Positions 1 through 9,884 of a DNA stretch of 64,000 nucleotides are shown here, piece by piece (position 1 is the stretch's first letter; each line of letters starts with the position of its first letter). The position numbers and the translations under genes are program-made. Source of the stretch: an uncultured SAR86 cluster bacterium (GTDB lineage: Bacteria > Pseudomonadota > Gammaproteobacteria > Magnimaribacterales > D2472); contig CACBQK010000001.1 in the NCBI GenBank assembly GCA_902541365.1, positions 101,851 through 165,850 on the forward strand. The letters run 5' to 3'. The notes under the pieces are model-generated. The model did no database searches, was not told the origin of the DNA, and saw only the letters and a list, made by a program, of their open reading frames with translations.

Positions 1-221
1 GTTTGATTATTTAGAGGCTTATGGAAACTGCCATCTGAATTAGTACCTAACATACCGCTAGAACTTGTAAGAGCTACCACAGTATCCCACTCTCTATCAT
101 TTCTTGCTTCCCAATAAGCTTCAATATTTTTTAAAACTGTTTTTTCAGCATCTGTATGAGCATCAGCAAAAACAACAACTGAAAAAATTAAAGCTGCACT
201 TAAAAATATATTTCTAAACAT
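1..221 (-). CDS. N-terminal part of a secreted protein of unknown function; the ORF runs off the window edge
   Basis: ATG at 221..219 is preceded by GGAGGA (230..225). My translation MFRNIFLSAALIFSVVVFADAHTDAEKTVLKNIEAYWEARNDREWDTVVAL... starts with a signal-peptide-like segment. The frame is open to position 1, and it is absent from the ORF track because it has no stop in the window. Confidence 0.55.
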   Translation of the reverse strand, partial: MFRNIFLSAALIFSVVVFADAHTDAEKTVLKNIEAYWEARNDREWDTVVALTSSSGMLGTNSDGSFHKPLNNQ

Positions 222-234
222 ATTTCCTCCTTTT

Positions 235-543
235 TTATTTAGTCATATTAAATCTTTCTTCGCCAATACCAGCTGACATCCAAATCTCATTTGAAACTTG
301 ATTTGATAAATCAGCTAAATCAAAAAAGGCTTTCATGGTCTCGGCTGAGGGATCAGCATCGCTACCCCAGACACCCTTCTCTGCATCGACTATAATTCCA
401 ATTAAGTTTGGATTTACCCAGAAAAACTTTGCATCATTTACACCTTCTACACTTTTTGCAGCCTTACAAACAGCAAGAGCAGCATGACCGAAAGCGTCTC
501 TATCAGCATCGCTTCTCATTTCATATTTACCTATATGTAACAT
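235..543 (-). CDS. hypothetical protein, 102 aa, no signal peptide
   Basis: ORF-track entry. GGAG lies about 8 nt upstream of the ATG at 543. It contains SAETMKAF, a motif shared with the lipoprotein at 11591..12352. No family recognised. Confidence 0.55.
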   Translation of the reverse strand: MLHIGKYEMRSDADRDAFGHAALAVCKAAKSVEGVNDAKFFWVNPNLIGIIVDAEKGVWGSDADPSAETMKAFFDLADLSNQVSNEIWMSAGIGEERFNMTK

Positions 544-571
544 AATTTATCTCCAAAAAAAACACATATTA

Positions 572-1006
572 TTAAAGCATACACCACCTTCTCTCAGCAA
601 CAACCTCAGTATTCTTGTTATACATGGCAACAAAAGCATTATATTTTTTGTCAGCAAGCTCTCTATCTTCTTCAGATAAAGCTTCGATGCTCTCTCTCCA
701 TTCACTCCATGAGTTAACACTTTCCCAAACAACCATTGTTGAAACACGATGAAGTTTTTCTTCTGTCCCATCGTCATTTCTTAAATATTGTAGTGCTGGA
801 TAAACTTTTACATTTGCGCCTTGCTCATCATAAAAATTTTGATGCATCTTACTTGCTTTCATCATTCCATCAACACTGCCGCCGGAAACAATTTTAGAAA
901 CGTAATAATTGACAACTTTTCCATCGCAATCTGAAAAATCTGTTGAAATACGATGATCGTCTGCAAATGAAAAAATTGAAAAAGTTAATAATAAAAAATA
1001 TCTCAT
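572..1006 (-). CDS. secreted hypothetical protein, 144 aa
   Basis: N-terminal signal peptide MRYFLLLTFSIFSFA. GGAGGA lies 8 nt upstream of the ATG at 1006. There is a Cys near each end of the mature part and a Trp-rich segment VVWESVNSWSEWRESI resembling the repeats of the 11591..12352 protein. Confidence 0.65.
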   Translation of the reverse strand: MRYFLLLTFSIFSFADDHRISTDFSDCDGKVVNYYVSKIVSGGSVDGMMKASKMHQNFYDEQGANVKVYPALQYLRNDDGTEEKLHRVSTMVVWESVNSWSEWRESIEALSEEDRELADKKYNAFVAMYNKNTEVVAERRWCML

Positions 1007-1069
1007 AATTAAATCCTCCGATTAGATATTACTATAAGTTTGTAACGGTGAAGAAAAAACTAGGTGAAA

Positions 1070-2440
1070 TTAGTTTTTAGATTTCCAAGTGGTTCCATCT
1101 TCATTATCAATTAGCTCAATACCCTTTTCCAACAATGAATCTCTTATTGCATCAGCGCCGGTAAAATCTTTATTTTCTTTAAGAGTTTTCCTCTCATTAA
1201 TAAGCTTCTCTATTTCCGCTAATTCAGAATCACTAATTTCAATTTGCATGTTCCACTCAGATGGTTTTTTATCAAATACTCCCAAAATACTGCCTGCAAA
1301 TAATAAAGATTGTTTGATAGTCCCAGGGCTAGAAGAATTTTTATTTTTTAAAATCTCGTTAATTGAAGTTAATACTTTGGGTATATCGAGATCATTAGAA
1401 AAATTTTCCATGAGACTTTCATCAATTTTACCCTCTGAATCATCGTCACAGTTATCAAGAAAATCATAAACTTTATCTAACAATACTTTGGACTGTTTTA
1501 TCACATTTTCATTCCAATCAAGTGATTTTCGATAATGAGAAGATAGCAATGCAAGTCTTATTGTTTCTCCATCATGCTCTTTTAAAAGGTCATTCAAAAG
1601 AATAATATTATTAAGAGATTTTGACATTTTTTCACCATCTATAGTGACAAAACCATTATGTATCCAATACTTAGCATAATCTTCGGGATTATCAGAATTA
1701 ACGCTTGCACAAGACTGAGCAATTTCATTTTCATGATGAGGAAAAAGTAAGTCTTGCCCACCACCATGAATATCGAAAGGTATTTTTAGATTTACTTCAG
1801 ACATCACACAGCATTCTGTATGCCATCCCGGTCTTCCAATTCCCCATGGAGATTCCCATCCAGGCTGACTTTTGCTTGATGGTTTCCACAAAACAAAGTC
1901 CTGTTGATTTTTTTTGATATCGGAAACTTGTACCCTGCTTCCAGCAAGTTGTTGATCAATTTCTCTGTTTGATAATTTTCCATATCCCTCATGGGAAGGA
2001 ACATGAAAAAATACATGTCCATCTTTTTCATAAGCTTTATCTTTCTGGATTAATTTATCAATAAAATTAACCATATCCTCAACATACTCTGTCGCCTTTG
2101 GCTGTATATCTGGATGAAGTACATTCAAATAAGACATATCTGCATTGTAAATATCCGTATATTTCTTTGTTAGTTCGCTTATAGGTATATTAGACTCATT
2201 TGCGGCTTCTATTATCTTGTCATCAATATCAGTAATATTTGATACATATGTAACGTTCGGATATTTATTTCTTAATAGCCTTACAAACGAATCGAAAACT
2301 ACCGCCATCCTTGCATTACCAATATGTGCGTAGTTGTATACTGTAGGTCCACAAGCATAAATGCGGATGTGGTTTTGATCTATAGGCTCAAACTTTCTCT
2401 TTTTATTAGATAAAGAATCATATAAATAGATTTCTCTCAT
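1070..2440 (-). CDS. cysS: cysteine--tRNA ligase
   Basis: Class I aaRS motifs HIGNAR (HIGH) and KMSKS. The 456-aa length is typical of CysS. Confidence 0.97.
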   Translation of the reverse strand: MREIYLYDSLSNKKRKFEPIDQNHIRIYACGPTVYNYAHIGNARMAVVFDSFVRLLRNKYPNVTYVSNITDIDDKIIEAANESNIPISELTKKYTDIYNADMSYLNVLHPDIQPKATEYVEDMVNFIDKLIQKDKAYEKDGHVFFHVPSHEGYGKLSNREIDQQLAGSRVQVSDIKKNQQDFVLWKPSSKSQPGWESPWGIGRPGWHTECCVMSEVNLKIPFDIHGGGQDLLFPHHENEIAQSCASVNSDNPEDYAKYWIHNGFVTIDGEKMSKSLNNIILLNDLLKEHDGETIRLALLSSHYRKSLDWNENVIKQSKVLLDKVYDFLDNCDDDSEGKIDESLMENFSNDLDIPKVLTSINEILKNKNSSSPGTIKQSLLFAGSILGVFDKKPSEWNMQIEISDSELAEIEKLINERKTLKENKDFTGADAIRDSLLEKGIELIDNEDGTTWKSKN

Positions 2441-2448
2441 AGCTAGTA

Positions 2449-3057
2449 CTATAACTCAACGACACCAAGTTGATTTAACTTTTCAATAAGGTGCTCCATC
2501 GCTAATCCCATGACGGTACTTTCAAGGCCATTAATGCTAGTAAAAAGATCTTTTCCATTAGACTCATAATGGTAACAACCACATGCGCTGTAGGGTTTAT
2601 CTAAATTTAGATAATCCTCAATTTCTTGAAGTGATAATTTCCTCATTTCTAACTCAGTTACATCATAATTTGACCAAATCTCTTTTCCTTCGTGAAATAT
2701 AGAAATACCATTATTTTGGAAATGTTTTTCTCCAGATAAGGATGAGAGATGATTCACAGCATCCTCATGATCAATAGGTTTATCAAAAATCTCATCATCG
2801 ATCGTGCACATATTATCTGATCCAATAACGAATGCTTCTAAATTATCCATACTTACTGTGCGCGCTTTTTCGGAGGCTAATCTTGATACCTGCTCTCTAA
2901 ATGATCTCCCATGAAGTTCCTTTTTAAGTAAATCTTCATCTACGTTGGAATTTATAACTTGGAACTCTAGACCAACTCCTTCAAGTAATTGTCTACGAAT
3001 TCTTGAACCGCTAGCAAGAATTAATTTTTTTTTAGTTTTGGAAACTTTAGGTAGCAC
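2449..3057 (-). CDS. maf: Maf-like nucleoside triphosphate pyrophosphatase
   Basis: N-terminal LILASGSRIRRQLL motif typical of the Maf/YhdE/YceF family. GTG start at 3057, 13 nt after the folE stop. Confidence 0.88.
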   Translation of the reverse strand: MLPKVSKTKKKLILASGSRIRRQLLEGVGLEFQVINSNVDEDLLKKELHGRSFREQVSRLASEKARTVSMDNLEAFVIGSDNMCTIDDEIFDKPIDHEDAVNHLSSLSGEKHFQNNGISIFHEGKEIWSNYDVTELEMRKLSLQEIEDYLNLDKPYSACGCYHYESNGKDLFTSINGLESTVMGLAMEHLIEKLNQLGVVEL

Positions 3058-3069
3058 TTAAGTTAGCTA

Positions 3070-3654
3070 CTATGAACTAGTTGTAATTAAGTTCATAAAC
3101 TCAGCACGTGTATCTGGATTCTCTCTGAAGGCTCCAAGCATTGTAGATGTAATAGTAGAGCTTTCTGGTTTATGAACTCCTCTCGTTGTCATACATTGAT
3201 GTTTTGCATTCATAACAACTGCAACACCTTTAGGTTCAAGTACTTCATTTATGACATTAGCTATTTGGGCTGTCATCACTTCTTGGGTTTGAAGTCTTTT
3301 ACCAAAAATATCAACAACTCTGGCAAGTTTACTAATTCCAACAATTCTTTTGTTTGGCAGATAACCAACATGAGCCTTACCAAGAATTGGAACAATATGG
3401 TGTTCACAATGAGACTCAACACGAATATCTTTAACTATTACCATTTCGTCATAACCTTCAACTTCTTCAAAGACTTTTGAAAGAACTTCTTTTGGATCCA
3501 TCTCGTATCCTGCAAAGAATTGCTCATAAGCTCTTACAACTCTTTTTGGTGTCTCTACCAAGCCCTCTCTGTCTGGATTATCTCCAGTCCAGGCAAGCAT
3601 AGTTCTTACAGCTGCCTCGGCCTCTTCACGTGTTGGTTTTTTATTTTCTGTCAT
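3070..3654 (-). CDS. folE: GTP cyclohydrolase I
   Basis: FolE zinc and active-site motifs ESHCEHH and [16 protein letters not shown] Shine-Dalgarno at 3667..3661. Confidence 0.95.
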   Translation of the reverse strand: MTENKKPTREEAEAAVRTMLAWTGDNPDREGLVETPKRVVRAYEQFFAGYEMDPKEVLSKVFEEVEGYDEMVIVKDIRVESHCEHHIVPILGKAHVGYLPNKRIVGISKLARVVDIFGKRLQTQEVMTAQIANVINEVLEPKGVAVVMNAKHQCMTTRGVHKPESSTITSTMLGAFRENPDTRAEFMNLITTSS

Positions 3655-3730
3655 ATTTGATCTCCTTTGATCTGCAATGAGGAGGTTATATTAATGATAT
3701 TTAATGCCAAAATAAAGGGAAATGCTTAAT

Positions 3731-4429
3731 CTAATAGGTTTTTTTATTTTGGAATGTAAGCTGCTGTTCTTCTTTAAAGGCTCTGTTTACATCTATTGCC
3801 TCATTAGAATTAAGAATCTTTTTAAGGACTTTAATTGAATCTCTTTCCATATTGGATATTTTTTTTGCTAGTTCATTTGCTCTTAACATCATACTTTCTT
3901 TATCATCATGAATTGAGCTAATGCCTCCATAGGAGAAAATATTTTCTACAGAAACCTTTTCTCCTGTAAAAACCATTTCTCTCACTTTTTGTTTTGGGAC
4001 TAACCTTCCAAGATGAGCACTTCCCACCAATACGTCAAAATTAATACCCGGCATTTGAAAATAACTATCTTTAGTTGCCAAAACTATGTCAGAAGAACAA
4101 GGAAGAAAAAAACCTGCACCGATTACGAATCCGTCACAGCAACAAATCACTGGGATATCTGAATTGTAGATAGCATTTGATACTTTCCATAAATAATTAT
4201 TAATTATTTCAAGCTTATCTTTATCTAAACCATGTTCTTTTTTATCAGCTCCTGCAGAGAACCCTTTTCCCTCATTTTCTATAATGATGACTGAGGTTTT
4301 CTTATCAAAAGAATATTTCTCGATTAGATCACACATTTCAATTAAATCATTGGAAGAAAATGCATTCACGGGTGGTGAGTCTATTTTTAAAAATAATATT
4401 GAATCTTTGTTAGTGGTTTTAATAGACAT
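3731..4429 (-). CDS. enoyl-CoA hydratase/isomerase (crotonase) family protein
   Basis: Crotonase-fold oxyanion region GKGFSAGADKK and ...GFVIGAGF.... The start is ambiguous. ATG 4429 (MSIKTT...) lies 2 nt after the upstream stop. The alternative ATG 4447 would overlap the upstream gene by 16 nt. Confidence 0.82.
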   Translation of the reverse strand: MSIKTTNKDSILFLKIDSPPVNAFSSNDLIEMCDLIEKYSFDKKTSVIIIENEGKGFSAGADKKEHGLDKDKLEIINNYLWKVSNAIYNSDIPVICCCDGFVIGAGFFLPCSSDIVLATKDSYFQMPGINFDVLVGSAHLGRLVPKQKVREMVFTGEKVSVENIFSYGGISSIHDDKESMMLRANELAKKISNMERDSIKVLKKILNSNEAIDVNRAFKEEQQLTFQNKKTY

Positions 4430-4431
4430 TT

Positions 4432-6171
4432 TTAAAATAAAAACCATCCGAATGAATCATATTCAATACCTGTTGATACAAAACCCTGTATCGCAAATAA
4501 GCACCCAGTTATGACAACACCTAAAACTGAGCCTATTACTCCAGGATTAGCAGAATATCCCATTATTGTAGTTGGCTTAAAGATAAACTCTTTATAATTA
4601 ATGTTTTGATCAGCTTGTTGAAGAAGATTTTTTGAGCTTTGAAGCTCTTTGATCTTCCCTAAATTACCCTCCTCCTCTAGTTCTGATATTTCTTCCTCAA
4701 TTATAAAGATTTCATTTCTGACATAGTCTCTGTGAATTTGACTAAGGGACTGAAGCTTTATTGCTTTAAAGATTGCATACAAGCTAATTCCTGAAATTGT
4801 AAGAATAATTACTCCAATAATGTAGATTGTTGAAATGTGATGGCGTATTTCTGTCCAAGCAATCAAATTAAGAATAATTACACATAACAGTGAGAAGAAA
4901 ACTAATATAGAAGTATAGCTTTCAATTCTATAAAGATAAGTTTCTCCGAAAGATCTCAAAACATTTCTTAAGCTCATCCATGCAAATACATTTTTTCTTT
5001 TTCTTAAATCTAGAAAAATATATTTTAATTTTTCACTATTCTTTGAAGAGGGAAAAATTGATGAATAAGGCAATCCAGGAAACTTTATAATGTCACCAAG
5101 TTTTTTTGTGCTTTCTATCCTTCTATCGAAATCAATTGCACAAATTAGTCCAAAGAAGAAAAGTTGAAAGCAAATTAAGAATCCAAAAACAGACATTGTA
5201 GTTATAAATACTTCTAATGAATTGCTGCCAAATAAATAAATTCCACTAATGCTTTTAACAATAAAGGGGGTAAAAATAATTGCTAGCATTGATGGATATA
5301 AAATGAGCCTATATGGTTTAACAAAATCCTTTTCGTAAACTGAATTAATTAAGTTAAACAAAAAGAAAGCTGAGGAAGTTTCATTTGATTTTGTAGAAGT
5401 AGTATCGGATGTAAAAATTTCACCACCATTCTCTTCGGACATTTTAGAAATAGTGTCTTGATCAAACTCAAGAGGTATTGCGTGAAGGGCAATATCATTT
5501 TCATCCATTGCTGAAGTCATCTCATCTTCAATTAATCCAGGGTAATCTTTTGGGCTATTCCAGCCTCTTCCAATAAATTTTCTTTCTGTTTTATCGCTAC
5601 TCCATCTTGGTGCAGGGTGACACAGCCTTTCAAGCTCATCTGGTCTATAAAATCCATATTTTGCACAAATAATAAGTCTTCTTGTAAACAAGCATGAATA
5701 AGCCAAGATAATTTGGAAAGTATCTATATTTCTTAAAAGATCTGAATCAAAAAATATTGCGATAATAAGTGCAGTAGTTAATAACCATGATGCAGGATAT
5801 GTTATAAGCCAAGACACTATGATGTTTGGTAGTGGCATATGTTGTGTTGATAAAGCAATAAGATTTCTATTTTGTGAAACGTGCCACGCTCTTGATGGCG
5901 ACCCCTCCAAAATCAGTGCTGCTAGAGGTGAAAAGAATACAGGAGGAAGGTTTTCATATATAAATGTCTTCCAAAATGCTTGCCATGAAAACTCTATCGG
6001 ATCATGAAAACTCTCTGGTGACTTATCTGAAAGAATATTCCTAAGCTTTGCTGCTTCTGATAAAGAATCAATTCTTTCAATTAATACCTGATTTTCTTCC
6101 TTAGAGGCTTTTCTATTCCTAAAAATAAAGTTTTTACGACCAGGATTTTTTTTGGATTCAAATTCTGACAT
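4432..6171 (-). CDS. polytopic membrane protein of unknown function, 579 aa
   Basis: Long uninterrupted ORF in AT-rich DNA. Several hydrophobic helices fall in two clusters separated by an acidic/Ser-Thr-rich loop. A coiled-coil-like segment EEEISELEEEGNLGKIKELQ precedes a terminal hydrophobic hairpin. No catalytic or transporter motif recognised. Confidence 0.75.
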   Translation of the reverse strand: MSEFESKKNPGRKNFIFRNRKASKEENQVLIERIDSLSEAAKLRNILSDKSPESFHDPIEFSWQAFWKTFIYENLPPVFFSPLAALILEGSPSRAWHVSQNRNLIALSTQHMPLPNIIVSWLITYPASWLLTTALIIAIFFDSDLLRNIDTFQIILAYSCLFTRRLIICAKYGFYRPDELERLCHPAPRWSSDKTERKFIGRGWNSPKDYPGLIEDEMTSAMDENDIALHAIPLEFDQDTISKMSEENGGEIFTSDTTSTKSNETSSAFFLFNLINSVYEKDFVKPYRLILYPSMLAIIFTPFIVKSISGIYLFGSNSLEVFITTMSVFGFLICFQLFFFGLICAIDFDRRIESTKKLGDIIKFPGLPYSSIFPSSKNSEKLKYIFLDLRKRKNVFAWMSLRNVLRSFGETYLYRIESYTSILVFFSLLCVIILNLIAWTEIRHHISTIYIIGVIILTISGISLYAIFKAIKLQSLSQIHRDYVRNEIFIIEEEISELEEEGNLGKIKELQSSKNLLQQADQNINYKEFIFKPTTIMGYSANPGVIGSVLGVVITGCLFAIQGFVSTGIEYDSFGWFLF

Positions 6172-6187
6172 GGTTTATATTGTAGCA

Positions 6188-6835
6188 ATGTCAAAAATAA
6201 AAGCATTAATAAACCCTGTTACTCCATTTCAACAGAATGCTCCTATAGTTTTTTGCGAAGAAACTAGAAAATGTGCATTTGTAGATCCAGGTGGAGATTT
6301 AGAAATACTTCTGGCAAGTGCTGCTAATAATAATCTTACTCCAGAAAAGATTTTACTTACTCATGGACACATCGATCATGCTGCTGGTGCTACTGAACTA
6401 GCTAACACGCTTAACTTAGAAATAATTGGTCCACACATTGATGACAAGTTTCTCCTTGATGAACTTGAAGCACAGGGGTCTATGCTAGGATTGCCGGCAC
6501 AAAATTGTGTCCCTGACATATGGTTGAATGAAGGAGAAACTGTATTAGTTGGCAATGCAGTTTTAGACGTATTTCTTACCCCTGGACACACGCCAGGTCA
6601 TATAATTTTTTTTCATAGGTCCTCAAAATTAGCTATTGTAGGTGATGTTCTCTTTGCAGGATCAATTGGAAGAACAGATTTACCTGGAGGTAACTATGGT
6701 CAGTTGATTGAATCAATTAAGACAAAACTTTGGCCTTTGGGCAAGGATATAGCTTTTGTTCCTGGTCATGGACCACCCTCAAATTTTAAAACTGAAAGAT
6801 CAACTAATCCTTTTGTTTCAGATAAAAATTTATAA
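6188..6835 (+). CDS. MBL-fold metallo-hydrolase, YcbL/GloC-like glyoxalase II
   Basis: THGHIDH metal motif, PGHTPGH and VPGHGP. By eye it is collinear with E. coli YcbL from MSKIKALINPVTPFQQN. I prefer ATG 6188 over the track's TTG 6152, which would overlap the divergent gene start. Confidence 0.85.
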   Translation: MSKIKALINPVTPFQQNAPIVFCEETRKCAFVDPGGDLEILLASAANNNLTPEKILLTHGHIDHAAGATELANTLNLEIIGPHIDDKFLLDELEAQGSMLGLPAQNCVPDIWLNEGETVLVGNAVLDVFLTPGHTPGHIIFFHRSSKLAIVGDVLFAGSIGRTDLPGGNYGQLIESIKTKLWPLGKDIAFVPGHGPPSNFKTERSTNPFVSDKNL

Positions 6836-7534
6836 ATTTATTCTAAAACCTATCTCAAAATTTGTTGAATCATATAGAGAGTTTGTGCTTGCTCCAATGG
6901 TGAAAGCTGTATATTTACCTCTGTTGTAGATCGCCTCAAAACCAAATCTTCTATTTTGATCATCTGAAATCTCATAAATTGTTGGGCAATCTATTTCTAA
7001 ACATACGATATCATCATTAATTATAGGTTCTGCTTCTGATGCGATATCAATGAAAATTTTTCCTTCCCAGTCGTTGCTGTCGCCAAAATGAATACCTGAA
7101 ACAAAATGTGCCTCATAAGCATTTTCATCAAAATTAAAGCCATCGTTTTCTACCGACCAACTTTTTACTCCAAACTCTCCAAAAATCTCAAACATATTCT
7201 TGATTGATAAGTTCATTCCGCTGACTGAAATATTGCTTAAGATATCCCCTATACCGGCATGAGCTCCAACTCTAAAAGAGTCTGTTGTTTTATCTACTGT
7301 CTCTTTCTCAAAGTCTATGCCATCGCCTCTTCTCTCAAACTTTAAATACAAAGGGCCAGGCAAGGTAAACGAAGAGTTTATTGCTAAACCATTATCTGCA
7401 TTATTTGCACCAACATAGCTTATTCCTAAATAGGTATATCTAAAATCAAATTCCTCTCTATCAAGTCGACCTTTTTCATCTGAAAAAATTGGTATCATTA
7501 AAAAGAATAGAAAGAGATAACTTAAAAATTTCAT
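6830..7534 (-). CDS. putative outer-membrane beta-barrel protein
   Basis: Signal peptide MKFLSYLFLFFLMIPIFS. Alternating hydrophobic/polar strands run throughout. The C-terminal strand FEIGFRINL is beta-signal-like. No specific family recognised. Confidence 0.55.
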   Translation of the reverse strand: MKFLSYLFLFFLMIPIFSDEKGRLDREEFDFRYTYLGISYVGANNADNGLAINSSFTLPGPLYLKFERRGDGIDFEKETVDKTTDSFRVGAHAGIGDILSNISVSGMNLSIKNMFEIFGEFGVKSWSVENDGFNFDENAYEAHFVSGIHFGDSNDWEGKIFIDIASEAEPIINDDIVCLEIDCPTIYEISDDQNRRFGFEAIYNRGKYTAFTIGASTNSLYDSTNFEIGFRINL

Positions 7535-7538
7535 TTTT

Positions 7539-8882
7539 TTAATTGTTATTAATAAGTTTAAAGTAATTTTTTGAAGCCTGCATTACTTTTGGCGCTAACC
7601 ATAATGCTGAAATCAGAGTTGGAATAGCCATCATAGCAAATGCTCCATCAGCTATATTTATAGCAATATCAATTGGGACAATCGAGTAAATGAAAATACT
7701 TAAAATGTATAGATAAATATAGAATTTCATGCCAAATTTTCCAAAAAGAAATCTTGAGCAAGATGCTCCATAATACGAGTAAGTAAAGATTGTGCTTAAG
7801 CCAAAACAAATCACACATACGAAAAGAATTAAGCCGCCTAAGCTTCCTAATAAAACACTAAAAGCTTCTGATGTTAACGTTACGCCTTGAGATGATGATG
7901 TTTCCCAAACTCCTGATACCAGAATCATTAAAGCAGTAGCTGTGCATATAATTAATGTATCAAAAATTGGTCCTGTCATGGCTACTAGGCCTTGTTTAAC
8001 TGGATTTGAAACTTTAGCAACTCCATGAACCAAAGACTCAGTTCCCATACCTGCTTCATTTGAAAAAGCTCCTCTTCTAACGCCATAAATTAACACTCCA
8101 AAAAAGGTGCCACCTGCAATAGCGGTTCCGTTAAAGGCATCGACAAGAATTAATTTAAAGGCAGGTAAAACTAAATTTAAATTTAGTATCAGCGCTACAA
8201 TCATTGCTCCAAAATAAATTGAACCCATTAAAGGCACAAGAAATGTTGCAACTTCAGCTATTCTTTTTAAGCCGCCAATTACAACTATTCCAGTAATTCC
8301 TGCAAGAGCTAAACCTCCAAAAATATTAAAGTTTTCAATTTCTGAAAAAGCGAGGTCTCCAGTTATTTGAATAAGCTGATTACTTTGAAAAGCTGGTAAG
8401 CAACCTATCATTCCTGCCAAAGCAAAAAAATATGCAAGGGGTAACATTCTTTTTGGAAGACCATTCTTTATCACATACATAGGGCCGCCAAAGATTTCTC
8501 CTTCTTTAGTCTTTTCTCTATACATCACTGATAAAGTGCAGGTAAAAAATTTTGTTGCTATGCCTATAATTGCTGTCACCCACATCCAAAAAATTGAGCC
8601 AGGTCCTGCTACTGAAATTGCAAGGGCAACACCTGCAATATTGCCCAACCCAATTGTCCCCGACAATGATGTTGTAAGTGCTTGGAAGGGACTTACTTCG
8701 CCCTCATCACCGCTCTTTTCCTTGGAAAAAAGAATCCTTAAAGCGTGCAGAAGATATTTAAAAATCTCAAATCTTGAATAAATTAAAAAAAATATCCCAG
8801 ATCCAATTAATAGAAATATTAACCATGGTCCCCAAGCAGCTGAGGCAAATTGCTCAGTATAGAAGTTTGGAGATTTATCCAT
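7539..8882 (-). CDS. alanine/glycine:cation symporter (AGCS family)
   Basis: 447-aa polytopic protein with AGCS-typical segments GNIAGVALAISVAGPGSIFWMWV and GAFSNEAGMG. Confidence 0.9.
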   Translation of the reverse strand: MDKSPNFYTEQFASAAWGPWLIFLLIGSGIFFLIYSRFEIFKYLLHALRILFSKEKSGDEGEVSPFQALTTSLSGTIGLGNIAGVALAISVAGPGSIFWMWVTAIIGIATKFFTCTLSVMYREKTKEGEIFGGPMYVIKNGLPKRMLPLAYFFALAGMIGCLPAFQSNQLIQITGDLAFSEIENFNIFGGLALAGITGIVVIGGLKRIAEVATFLVPLMGSIYFGAMIVALILNLNLVLPAFKLILVDAFNGTAIAGGTFFGVLIYGVRRGAFSNEAGMGTESLVHGVAKVSNPVKQGLVAMTGPIFDTLIICTATALMILVSGVWETSSSQGVTLTSEAFSVLLGSLGGLILFVCVICFGLSTIFTYSYYGASCSRFLFGKFGMKFYIYLYILSIFIYSIVPIDIAINIADGAFAMMAIPTLISALWLAPKVMQASKNYFKLINNN

Positions 8883-8912
8883 TTAAATCAGACCTAAATT
8901 ATTAAAAGCATC

Positions 8913-9203
8913 TTATTCATAGCCTTCAACTACTGCATACATTCTTTCGGCTCCACCCTTAAGCAAAGTTAATGCTTCTTTATATTCTGAACTACTGTAA
9001 GCAGCCAGTGCAGTTTCATAGGAATCAAATTCAACAACTACATTTCTGGAGAAATCGATTCCCTCTTTGGTTTCATGTTGACCGCCCCTAACAAGAAATT
9101 TACCACCAAATTTCTCTATTGCTATTTCAGCTTGTTTACCATACCTTGAGAGCTTCTCATCATCGAGAATGTTTGCTTTAGCTACCCAATAACCTTTTGG
9201 CAT
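8913..9203 (-). CDS. DUF1330 domain protein
   Basis: 96 aa. The pattern MPKGYWVA...FGGKFLVRGG...VVVEFDSYETALAAYSSSEYKEA matches my recollection of the DUF1330 consensus. Confidence 0.8.
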   Translation of the reverse strand: MPKGYWVAKANILDDEKLSRYGKQAEIAIEKFGGKFLVRGGQHETKEGIDFSRNVVVEFDSYETALAAYSSSEYKEALTLLKGGAERMYAVVEGYE

Positions 9204-9206
9204 TCT

Positions 9207-9881
9207 TTATTTAACTATCAAAGGTTTAATAATTTTTATATCATCAGCAATATATGCATTTTTTGTTTTTTCGTAATGAGGATGGCCCAAGGTAGCTAGA
9301 TCGATAGCCTTTTCCATAACTCTAGCCTCAAAATCAGACTCATCAACTAGCTCATCTATTATTCCTGCATCAACTGCTTTAGGAAATGGGTATGGATCGG
9401 CATGAAGCAGAACAGAATATGCATGTTTTTTAGAAATTCTACTTGCAGCAATCTGCATCATGCTGGTTGGGATATCCATATTATTTCTCACCTCGTTAGC
9501 TTGAGTTACAAAATCTCCTTTCAAGCCTATTCTATAATCACATCCACATGCTACAAAAAGCCCCATTGCTATCGTATGCCCAGATAAAGCAGCAATAACC
9601 GGCCTTGGAAAAGTAAAAATGTCATACATAAACCTCATCCCGAGATCACTCATTTTTGAGATTTTTTCCATATCTCCTGATGCAAAAGTTTTTAAATCAA
9701 AGCCAGCAGAAAAAATTCCTTCTTTTCCCTTTATCACTAAAGAGCCACTATCTTTAGGAACATCATTTAAGCAGTTATTAATCGCTTCAAGCATTTCTAT
9801 CGAAAAGACATTTACCTTTCCATCATCTAAGCTTAGTACTGATACATCATCGATTTTTTCAAGAGTCGCATAATCTGTCAT
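9207..9881 (-). CDS. enoyl-CoA hydratase/isomerase (crotonase) family protein
   Basis: GIFSAGFDLK oxyanion-hole region and ALSGHTIAMG. The AAGGAG Shine-Dalgarno lies inside the end of the upstream small ORF. Confidence 0.83.
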   Translation of the reverse strand: MTDYATLEKIDDVSVLSLDDGKVNVFSIEMLEAINNCLNDVPKDSGSLVIKGKEGIFSAGFDLKTFASGDMEKISKMSDLGMRFMYDIFTFPRPVIAALSGHTIAMGLFVACGCDYRIGLKGDFVTQANEVRNNMDIPTSMMQIAASRISKKHAYSVLLHADPYPFPKAVDAGIIDELVDESDFEARVMEKAIDLATLGHPHYEKTKNAYIADDIKIIKPLIVK

Positions 9882-9884
9882 CTT

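Noticed and set aside
547-777. A 76-aa minus-strand ORF overlapping 572..1006 in another frame.
   Set aside because: The 572..1006 frame has a signal peptide, a strong Shine-Dalgarno and the longer ORF. The overlapping frame has no support.
1089-1469. A 126-aa plus-strand ORF.
   Set aside because: It is antisense to cysS, has low-complexity Ser/Leu-rich sequence and no Shine-Dalgarno.
3655-3730. A possible SD-sequestering hairpin or THF-type riboswitch in the folE leader (CUCCU ... AGGAG).
   Set aside because: There are only 5 bp with a 13-nt loop in a 76-nt spacer that must also hold the promoter. This is too little structure to call a riboswitch, and I cannot match a known consensus by eye.
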